A program made the position numbers and the translations under genes. DNA of 60,991 nt from Paenacidovorax caeni (GTDB lineage Bacteria > Pseudomonadota > Gammaproteobacteria > Burkholderiales > Burkholderiaceae_C). Where the stretch lies: the NCBI GenBank assembly GCA_943370985.1, contig CALRTF020000001.1, positions 1 through 60,991 on the forward strand. Reading direction: 5' to 3'. A model generated the notes under the pieces. That model was not told where the DNA came from. It ran no database searches and worked only from the letters and a program-made list of their open reading frames with translations. Each line of letters starts with the position of its first letter. The first letter of the stretch is position 1. Of this stretch, positions 7,500-15,154 are shown piece by piece.

Positions 7500-10193
7500 T
7501 CAAGCGGGAGCCGGCCTGTGGTGCCAGTAGCGCAAGCCGGTCTGGCGCTGGCAACTCACGCTGTCCGGCTGCGCACTGGACCAGTTGGCTGCGCCGCAGG
7601 CCGGCGAGGTCCAGACCCGGATGCCGCGTTCGCGGTAACGCGCCAGCACCGGCGGCGCCGGGTGGCCGAAGCGGTTGCGGTATCCCGCCTGCGCCAGTGC
7701 CAGGCGGGGTTGCACGGCGTCGAGGAATGCCGGACTCGACGAGGTTTTGCTGCCGTGGTGCGGCACCAGCAGCAGGTCCGCCCGCAGGTCCAGCCCGGCC
7801 GCCACCAGCCGCTGCTCCTGCGCGAGTTCGATGTCGCCGGCCAGCAGGGCGGCGCGGCTGCCATGGGAGATGCGCAACACGCAGCTCATGGCATTCGGTT
7901 TCTGCGTCCTGGCGTAATCACCCGCCGGCGGGTGTAGCACCTCGAAATCGACACCGTCCCAATGCCAGCGCTGGCCGGCCACGCAGCGTTGCGAGGGGCG
8001 CAGGGCCTGCAGCGGATGGTTGGCCTCGATGGAGCTGATCAACACCGCCTGCGGCTGCATGGCCAGCACCGCCGGCGCGCCGCCGATATGGTCGCTGTCG
8101 CGGTGGCTCAGCATCAGCACGTCGACGCGCTCGCCGAAAGCGCGCAGCAGCGGCACCAGCACCCGGTGGCCCGCGTCACTCTCGCGCGAAAAACGCGGGC
8201 CGCTGTCATAGACCAGGGTGTGGCCCGCGGTGCGCACGACCAGCGCATTGCCCTGCCCCACATCGGCTGCGATCAGCTCGAAAGCCCCGGGCGCCGGCCG
8301 CAACGGTTGCCACAGCAGCACCGGCAGCATCAGCGGCACACCGAGCACACGCCAGTGCCAGGGCAGCCGCATGGCCAGCAGCAGGCCGCCGGCCACACCG
8401 GCCACCGCACACCACAGCGGCGCGGCCGCCACGCTGATGCTGGCCAGCGGCCAGCGTGCCAGCCATTGCAGAAACACCATCAGGCCGGCGACTGCCGCGC
8501 CTGCCAGGTCCCAGAGCGGCGCCCAGAACACACCCCCCATGGTCAGCGGCGTGACGACAAGCGTGACCCAGGGAATCGCCAGCCCGTTGGCCACCAGGCC
8601 CACCAGCGACACCTGGTTGAACAGCAGCAGGGACAAGGGCGCCAGCGCCAGGGTGACGAGCCATTGTTCGCGGGCGGCGCGGTACACCGCGCCTGCTGCC
8701 AGCCGCAGACCCTGCGGCAAGCGCCCTCCCCCAGCTCGAAACACAAAGCCTTTTTGGCCTCCAGCCCCCGTCATTCCGTCATCTTTAGCTCCTGATTCGA
8801 TAACATTCCGGTCGCCGCCGCCCGGACTGTCCCCCGCAGCAAACAGAACGCCCACAGCCACAAACGACAACCAGAAGCCGGCCTGCAGCAAGGCCCAGGG
8901 ATCGAGCGCGACCACCACCACCATGGCCAGCAGCCAGACCTGGGGCCAGGGCCAGCGCTTGCCGCTCTGCCGCAGCAGCACCACGGCCGCCAGCATCCAG
9001 ACCGTGCGTTGTGCCGGCACGCCCCAGCCCGAGAGCAGGGCATAGGCGGCCGCCAGCAGCAGGCCGCCCCAGGCGCCCGCGCGAGCGGCCGGCAGCGCCA
9101 GGCACAGGGCGGGCGTCCAGCGCGTGGAACGCCGCCAGATCCAGGCCACCGCCTGTGCCGCGAGCCAGGCGAACATGGTGATGTGCAGGCCCGAGATCGA
9201 CATCAGGTGCGCCACGCCGGTGGCGCGGAACACATCCCAGTCGGCGCGTTCGATGGCGTTCTGGTCGCCGACCAGCAGGGCCGCCACCACACCGGCGAGC
9301 TGCGCATCACTGACCCGTGCGTAAACCGCATCGCGCAGCGCCTGTCGCGCGCGCTCGACCGGATGGCGCCAGCTGTCGGTGAGCAGCCGGGGAACCGGAT
9401 CGCGCAGCCCCGTACGTACGTAGCCCGTGGCTTGCAGGCCCTGTTCCCAGAGCCAGAGTTCGTAGTCAAAGCCATGCGGGTTGCTGTTGCCGTGCGGCGC
9501 CTTCAGGCGCACCGTCATCTGCCAGCGTTCGCCGGCGCGCAGGGTCGGCGGCTGGCGCTGCAGGGCCAGGGTGGCGGCGGGGCCCAGGCCAGCATCCGGG
9601 TTGTCGGGCCCGCCCACGTCCGCCGGTTCCCGGGAACCAAACCCGGCGTACCAGCCGAGGTAAATCCGTGACGGCAGGTGCACAGGCGCGCCGTCGAGCC
9701 GGGCCGATTCGACGGCAAAACGAAAACGCAGGCCGTCGTCGTTGCGCTGCGGCATGGCCAGCACCCGGCCGGTGACCTCGATGTCGCGGCCTTCCAGCGC
9801 CGGCGCCAAGGCACCGGCCTGAAAGATCGAGGCGCGCAGCCCGGTCAGCGCGAAGCCGAGTCCCAGCGCCAGCACCCCCGCAGCAGCCGCACGCAGGGCC
9901 CACGCGCCCGGCGGCATTCGGACCCCCAGCAGCGCAGCGCCCAGGCAAGCAGCGAGCCAGGCGGCATACACACCCGGCGGCTGCAACACCGCCTGCTGCA
10001 ATTGCAGGGCCGCGCCCGCGACAAACCCGCAAAAAACCGGAGCCGACACCCGGCCCGGTGATGTGGCTGATGACACGGGTCGCACAGACCTCCCTGTTCG
10101 CGTGTTTTCCTGTGTGCTGCGGCGACACCCTTCAACGGCCGGTCTCGCGCATCCGCTGACAACCCGCCCTGTCAGCCCCTTGCTGACAGACAT
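7500..10193 (-). CDS. comEC: DNA internalization competence protein ComEC/Rec2
   Basis: NPHGFDYE (OB domain), HLMSISGLH (competence domain), DVGQG, SHRDSDHIGG and PHHGS (metallo-beta-lactamase domain); true start may be downstream, near 10049. Confidence 0.93.
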   Translation of the reverse strand: MSVSKGLTGRVVSGCARPAVEGCRRSTQENTRTGRSVRPVSSATSPGRVSAPVFCGFVAGAALQLQQAVLQPPGVYAAWLAACLGAALLGVRMPPGAWALRAAAAGVLALGLGFALTGLRASIFQAGALAPALEGRDIEVTGRVLAMPQRNDDGLRFRFAVESARLDGAPVHLPSRIYLGWYAGFGSREPADVGGPDNPDAGLGPAATLALQRQPPTLRAGERWQMTVRLKAPHGNSNPHGFDYELWLWEQGLQATGYVRTGLRDPVPRLLTDSWRHPVERARQALRDAVYARVSDAQLAGVVAALLVGDQNAIERADWDVFRATGVAHLMSISGLHITMFAWLAAQAVAWIWRRSTRWTPALCLALPAARAGAWGGLLLAAAYALLSGWGVPAQRTVWMLAAVVLLRQSGKRWPWPQVWLLAMVVVVALDPWALLQAGFWLSFVAVGVLFAAGDSPGGGDRNVIESGAKDDGMTGAGGQKGFVFRAGGGRLPQGLRLAAGAVYRAAREQWLVTLALAPLSLLLFNQVSLVGLVANGLAIPWVTLVVTPLTMGGVFWAPLWDLAGAAVAGLMVFLQWLARWPLASISVAAAPLWCAVAGVAGGLLLAMRLPWHWRVLGVPLMLPVLLWQPLRPAPGAFELIAADVGQGNALVVRTAGHTLVYDSGPRFSRESDAGHRVLVPLLRAFGERVDVLMLSHRDSDHIGGAPAVLAMQPQAVLISSIEANHPLQALRPSQRCVAGQRWHWDGVDFEVLHPPAGDYARTQKPNAMSCVLRISHGSRAALLAGDIELAQEQRLVAAGLDLRADLLLVPHHGSKTSSSPAFLDAVQPRLALAQAGYRNRFGHPAPPVLARYRERGIRVWTSPACGAANWSSAQPDSVSCQRQTGLRYWHHRPAPA
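8751..8804 (-). repeat. 54-bp motif, copy C (in frame in a comEC loop)
   Basis: Minus strand GTT-ATCGAATCA-GGAGCT-N21-GCTGGAGGCC-AAAAA. Confidence 0.75.
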
Positions 10194-10202
10194 TCAGGCC
10201 TT

Positions 10203-10218
10203 TGGCGCAGCTCTTGCT
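10203..10218 (+). promoter_or_regulatory. Sigma-54 (-24/-12) promoter for the transglutaminase-DUF2126 arm
   Basis: TGGCGCAGCTCTTGCT is GG-N10-GC, about 110 bp upstream of TTG 10328. Confidence 0.72.
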
Positions 10219-10327
10219 TATATTGGCGGCATTAAAACCGTGGAATACGGCCCGGGACGCGGCCATGACGCCGTTTCTGCGGCATAGTTGCCACAACGCA
10301 CCGATATTTCTGAAAAGCGAGACCGAC

Positions 10328-13300
10328 TTGTCCATCCACGTTGCCCTGAGCCACATCACCCACTACAAATACGACCGGCTGGTCCGCCTCGGCCCCCAGG
10401 TCGTCCGCCTGCGCCCTGCCCCGCACAGCCGTACCAAGGTCCTGTCCTATTCGCTGAAGGTCGAGCCCCAGGGCCATTTCATCAACTGGCAGCAGGACCC
10501 GTTTGCCAACTACCAGGCCCGGCTGGTGTTTCCCGAGCCGACCCGCGAGTTCAAGGTCACGGTGGACCTGGTCGTCGAGATGGCGGTGTTCAACCCCTTC
10601 GACTTTTTTCTCGAACCGGAAGCCGAGGAGTTCCCTTTCAAGTACAGCAAGGAGCAGGCGCGCGAACTCGCGCCCTACCTCGCCACCGAGCCGGTCACGC
10701 CGCTGCTCAAGGCCTACCTCGACAGCGTGGACCGCACGCCCAAACGCACCATCGACTTCCTGGTCGGCCTGAACCAGAAGCTGCAGGGCGACATCAAGTA
10801 CGCGATCCGCATGGAGCCCGGCGTGCAGACGCCCGAGGAGACCCTGAAGCTGGCCATCGGCTCCTGCCGCGACACCGGCTGGCTCATGGTCCAGCTGTTC
10901 CGCCACCTGGGCCTGGCCGCGCGTTTTGTCTCGGGTTACCTGATCCAGCTCAAGGCCGATGTCAAGTCGCTGGACGGCCCCAGCGGCGCCGAGAGCGATT
11001 TCACCGATCTGCACGCCTGGTGCGAGGTTTTCCTGCCCGGCGCCGGCTGGGTCGGGCTGGACCCGACGTCCGGGCTGATGGCCGGCGAAGGCCACATTCC
11101 GCTGGCCTGCACGCCCGAGCCCTCGAGCGCCGCGCCGATCGAGGGCGGCGTCGATAAAAGCGAAGTCGATTTTGCCCACCACATGGGGGTGCAACGCATC
11201 TACGAATCGCCGCGCGTGACCCAGCCCTACACCGACGCCCTCTGGGCCGATGTGCTCAAGCTCGGCCACCAGGTGGACCAGGACCTGCTCGCCGGTGATG
11301 TGCGCCTGACCATGGGCGGCGAGCCGACCTTTGTCGCCACCCAGGACCGCGACGCCGCCGAGTGGAACATCGACGCACTGGGCCCGACCAAACGCGGTTA
11401 CGCGACCGAGCTGGTGCAGAAGCTTCGCGCCGAATACGGCGAAGGCGGCTTCCTGCACTTCGGCCAGGGCAAGTGGTACCCGGGCGAACAGCTGCCGCGC
11501 TGGGCGCTGAGCATTTTCTGGCGCAAGGACGGCCAGCCGGTCTGGAAAAACCCGGCGCTGTTCACCGACGAACGTCAGCCCTGCAACTACACCAGCGCCG
11601 ACGCCAAACGTTTCGCCGACATGCTGGCCGGCAAGCTCGGCCTGTCGACGAAACACATCACGCCGGGTTATGAAGACACCTGGTACTACCTCTGGCGCGA
11701 ACGCCGCCTGCCGGTCAATGTGGACCCCTTCGACACCAAACTCGACGACGCGATGGAACGCGCCCGCCTGCGCCGCGTGTTCTCGCAGGGGCTGGACGCG
11801 GTGGTCGGTTATGTGCTGCCGCTCAAGGTCAGGGAAGAAAAGGCCCAGGGACAAGGCCCGCAATGGTCCACCGGCCCCTGGTTCTTCCGCGACGAACGCA
11901 TGTACCTGATGCCGGGCGACTCGCCCATGGGTTACCGCCTGCCGCTGGACTCGGTGCCCTGGGTGTCCAAGACCGACTATCCCTACATGACCGAGGCCGA
12001 TCCGTTTGCGCCGCGCGAGGAATTGCCGCCCGCCGATGTTTTTGCCGAGCGTTACAACGCGGCCCGCAGCCAGCCTGTTCCTGCAGCGCCTGCGCCGGCC
12101 GCGCCGGCCGGCACCCGGCACAACAGCGCCAGCATGCTGGCCCAGTACATGGCACGCTACATGACGGGCAGCGGCTCGCGCAACGAAGCGAATCGCCTGA
12201 TGCAGTTCCGGACCACCACCTCCAGCGTGGATGTGCGTTTCGACCAGGGCCCCAAAACCGGCGTCGCTCCCGCCGCCGCGACGCCCGCGCCGGCGCCGGC
12301 TGATGCCTCGGCGCGTATGCCCAAACCCGGCGAGTCCGCCGCCTGGCTGACCCGCACCGCGCTGTGTGTGGAGGTGCGCGACCCGAACCGCGCCAACGGC
12401 CCCCAGGACAAACCCAGGGCCGCGCCCAAAGAAAAAGGCGCAAAGGCCGAGACCGGCGCACTCTACATCTTCATGCCGCCGCTGGAGCGCCTCGAAGACT
12501 ACCTGGACCTGCTGGCCGCGGTCGAGGCCAGCGCGCAGGCGCTGGGCCTGCAGATCGTGCTCGAAGGCTACCCGCCGCCGCGCGATCCGCGCCTGAAGAT
12601 GCTGCAGGTCACGCCCGATCCCGGCGTCATCGAGGTCAACATCCATCCGGCCTACAACTGGAACGAACTGGTCGAACACACCGAGTTCCTCTACAAAATT
12701 GCGCATGAAACGCGCCTGTCGGCCGAGAAGTTCATGACCGACGGCCGCCACACCGGCACCGGCGGCGGCAATCACTTTGTGCTCGGCGGCGCCACGCCGC
12801 CGGACAGCCCGTTTTTGCGCAAGCCGGAAATGCTGGGCAGCCTGATCGCCTACTGGCACAACCACCCGTCGCTGAGCTATTTGTTCTCGGGCATGTTCAT
12901 CGGCCCGACCAGCCAGGCGCCGCGCGTCGACGAGGCGCGCAACGACCAGTTGTACGAGCTCGAAATCGCGCTGCGCGAAATCGCCGTCAACCGCGAAAAA
13001 TACGGCCAGGACATGCCGCCCTGGATCGTGGACCGCACCCTGCGCAACATCCTGGTCGACGTGACCGGCAACACGCACCGCAGCGAGTTCTGCATCGACA
13101 AGATGTACTCGCCCGACTCGGCCACCGGCCGGCTCGGCCTGCTGGAGTTGCGCGCGTTTGAAATGCCGCCGCATGCGCGCATGAGCATCGTGCAGCAGTT
13201 GCTGCTGCGCGCGCTGGTCGCGCGTTTCTGGAACAAGCCTTACCACGGCCGCATGACGCGCTGGGGCACCGAGCTGCACGACCGTTTCCTGCTGCCCGGT

Positions 13301-13930
13301 TTTGTGCGCATGGATTTCGCCGACGTGCTGACCGAACTCAAGGAAGCCGGCTACCCCTTCGAGATGGCCTGGTTCGAGCCGCATTTCGAGTTCCGCTTCC
13401 CGATGATCGGCCAGGTCAAAGCCAGCAGCATCGAGCTGACCCTGCGCAGCGCGCTGGAGCCCTGGCATGTGATGGGCGAGGAAGGTTCGTCCGGCGGCAC
13501 GGTGCGTTATGTGGACTCTTCGCTGGAACGTGTTGAAGTGCATGTGACCGGCCTCAACGACAACCGTTATGTGATCACCGCCAACGGCCGCGCGCTGCCG
13601 CTGCAGAGCACAGGGACGGTCGGTGAATACGTGGCCGGCGTGCGTTACAAGGCCTGGAACCCGCCTTCGGCCCTGCACCCGTCGATCGGCGTGCACGCGC
13701 CGCTGACCTTCGACATCGTCGACACCTGGATGGAACGTTCGCTGGGCGGCTGCCAGTACCACGTGGCGCATCCGGGCGGCCTCAGTTACGACACGCTGCC
13801 GGTCAATTCCTATGAGGCCGAAAGCCGGCGCCTGAACCGCTTTTTCCAGATGGGCCACACGCCGGGCAGGATGCAGGTCAAGCCGGCGCAGCCGAGCCGC
13901 GAGTTCCCGTTCACGCTGGATCTGCGCTAG
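10328..13930 (+). CDS. Transglutaminase plus DUF2126 putative amidoligase fusion
   Basis: GSCRD, DLHAWCEV and GLDPT triad motifs, then LTMGGEPTF, VTPDPGVIEVN, GTGGGNH and GNTHRSEFCIDK; MSIHVAL start at TTG 10328. Confidence 0.92.
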   Translation: MSIHVALSHITHYKYDRLVRLGPQVVRLRPAPHSRTKVLSYSLKVEPQGHFINWQQDPFANYQARLVFPEPTREFKVTVDLVVEMAVFNPFDFFLEPEAEEFPFKYSKEQARELAPYLATEPVTPLLKAYLDSVDRTPKRTIDFLVGLNQKLQGDIKYAIRMEPGVQTPEETLKLAIGSCRDTGWLMVQLFRHLGLAARFVSGYLIQLKADVKSLDGPSGAESDFTDLHAWCEVFLPGAGWVGLDPTSGLMAGEGHIPLACTPEPSSAAPIEGGVDKSEVDFAHHMGVQRIYESPRVTQPYTDALWADVLKLGHQVDQDLLAGDVRLTMGGEPTFVATQDRDAAEWNIDALGPTKRGYATELVQKLRAEYGEGGFLHFGQGKWYPGEQLPRWALSIFWRKDGQPVWKNPALFTDERQPCNYTSADAKRFADMLAGKLGLSTKHITPGYEDTWYYLWRERRLPVNVDPFDTKLDDAMERARLRRVFSQGLDAVVGYVLPLKVREEKAQGQGPQWSTGPWFFRDERMYLMPGDSPMGYRLPLDSVPWVSKTDYPYMTEADPFAPREELPPADVFAERYNAARSQPVPAAPAPAAPAGTRHNSASMLAQYMARYMTGSGSRNEANRLMQFRTTTSSVDVRFDQGPKTGVAPAAATPAPAPADASARMPKPGESAAWLTRTALCVEVRDPNRANGPQDKPRAAPKEKGAKAETGALYIFMPPLERLEDYLDLLAAVEASAQALGLQIVLEGYPPPRDPRLKMLQVTPDPGVIEVNIHPAYNWNELVEHTEFLYKIAHETRLSAEKFMTDGRHTGTGGGNHFVLGGATPPDSPFLRKPEMLGSLIAYWHNHPSLSYLFSGMFIGPTSQAPRVDEARNDQLYELEIALREIAVNREKYGQDMPPWIVDRTLRNILVDVTGNTHRSEFCIDKMYSPDSATGRLGLLELRAFEMPPHARMSIVQQLLLRALVARFWNKPYHGRMTRWGTELHDRFLLPGFVRMDFADVLTELKEAGYPFEMAWFEPHFEFRFPMIGQVKASSIELTLRSALEPWHVMGEEGSSGGTVRYVDSSLERVEVHVTGLNDNRYVITANGRALPLQSTGTVGEYVAGVRYKAWNPPSALHPSIGVHAPLTFDIVDTWMERSLGGCQYHVAHPGGLSYDTLPVNSYEAESRRLNRFFQMGHTPGRMQVKPAQPSREFPFTLDLR

Positions 13931-14901
13931 ATCGTTTTTGCGCTGCGCAACTCCGTGCGCAGTGCATCGTAGGCTGCGCTGATGGTCACGTCGTTGGTGT
14001 AACGCACAAGCTGGGCATTGCCGCTCAGCACCTTGAACGAACCGTACTCAGCCAGATCGTCGAACCCCTGGCCGCTCAGCGCTGCCATCAGCAGGCGTTG
14101 CCTGTGGGTGACTGGGTCGCCCATCTCGCAGATCGGCATCACATGCCAGCGCTGCACGAACTGCCGGCGCGCAGCGGTGTAGTAATACATGTCATACCAG
14201 TTCAATGGATTGCGCAGAGCCAGGGGACGACCGATCCATCCGGCCACATTGCGCGCAATGCGTGCATCGCTGTCCCGGCACAACGCCAACGCGTGCACTT
14301 CGATATCAGCCTCGCCCAGGTCGGTTGTGAAGTATTCCTGCAACTGCTCCTGCGCCGCCAGCAGCGACTGCGCGGATTGCGTGTAGTCGATCAGCAAAAT
14401 GCGCGGCCGCGCCGGCCGCACTGGAAAGTAGCGTCTGAAATGATGGAACAGCAAGGCCCGCTGTGCCGCCGTGATCCGCGGGCCCCCGCGCAACATGTCA
14501 TCCGTGATGGACCACTGCAGGCTGCGCGGGCGAAAATCCGACAGGGGAATCGACAGGGTGCGCAGGTTTTCATTCTGGAAATGCGCAATCAGCGGCGCCG
14601 GGCTGCGCCCTACCCCCACATACAGATAGGCCCGGGGTGAGTACGCCGCGACGATGCGCTCGCACATGTCGCCCACGCCGTTGAACAATTCCACCTGGTC
14701 CACATACATGGCCAGATGGCGCAGGAACTCGGCTTGCTGCAAGAAGCCGTAGGTCTTGTTCCATTGCGCCAGAAACGTGGCCAGGATTCTCTGGGTAGCG
14801 GCATCGTCCGGAATAGCCACACCCGCCGTCTTGATCCACGCCTTGGCCTCATCAACGCTCAGCGTTCTGGGACCAAAAAAGCTGGTGATCCGAATCGGCA
14901 T
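13927..14901 (-). CDS. Hypothetical protein, possible degenerate phosphoribosyltransferase-like fold
   Basis: 324-aa ORF from ATG 14901 after AAGGAA; YLYVGVGRSP and ILLIDYTQSAQSL resemble PRTase loops. Confidence 0.6.
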   Translation of the reverse strand: MPIRITSFFGPRTLSVDEAKAWIKTAGVAIPDDAATQRILATFLAQWNKTYGFLQQAEFLRHLAMYVDQVELFNGVGDMCERIVAAYSPRAYLYVGVGRSPAPLIAHFQNENLRTLSIPLSDFRPRSLQWSITDDMLRGGPRITAAQRALLFHHFRRYFPVRPARPRILLIDYTQSAQSLLAAQEQLQEYFTTDLGEADIEVHALALCRDSDARIARNVAGWIGRPLALRNPLNWYDMYYYTAARRQFVQRWHVMPICEMGDPVTHRQRLLMAALSGQGFDDLAEYGSFKVLSGNAQLVRYTNDVTISAAYDALRTELRSAKTI

Positions 14902-15154
14902 GGTGTTTCCTTGTCTACCCGCGGTGATGCTATAGATGAAGGGCTCACCTGTCCTGTGAGAAAGTGCCGGCCCGTGACGAGCGCCGCTGCGAGCCTGCGT
15001 CGCCGACTGACGCTGATCCTCGCCCAAGAAGTGAGCCTTTTGTCTTATAGCCGCAACAACCGGTCGTCCTGGGCCGTGTTTGATTGCCCGAACAGACGGC
15101 CATAACCGTCCACGCCGCTTGGGGCGGCAGGCATGAAGGCATACTTGGACCAGC

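Noticed and set aside
7480-7620. NtrC binding site upstream of the left sigma-54 promoter
   Set aside because: Only a partial match (GCAC-TGGACCA-GTTG) to TGCAC-N7-GTGCA; not supportable by eye
10232-13858. 1208-aa antisense ORF (similar shadows at 20903-22999, 33094-34671, 42841-45453 and 51528-53567)
   Set aside because: These mirror well-supported genes on the opposite strand, are expected from high-GC codon bias, and show no recognisable motifs
15035-15052. GCC-N9-ATAGCC as a ninth copy of the 54-bp motif
   Set aside because: Both GCT blocks are altered and the distal block and A/T tract are not at the fixed distance
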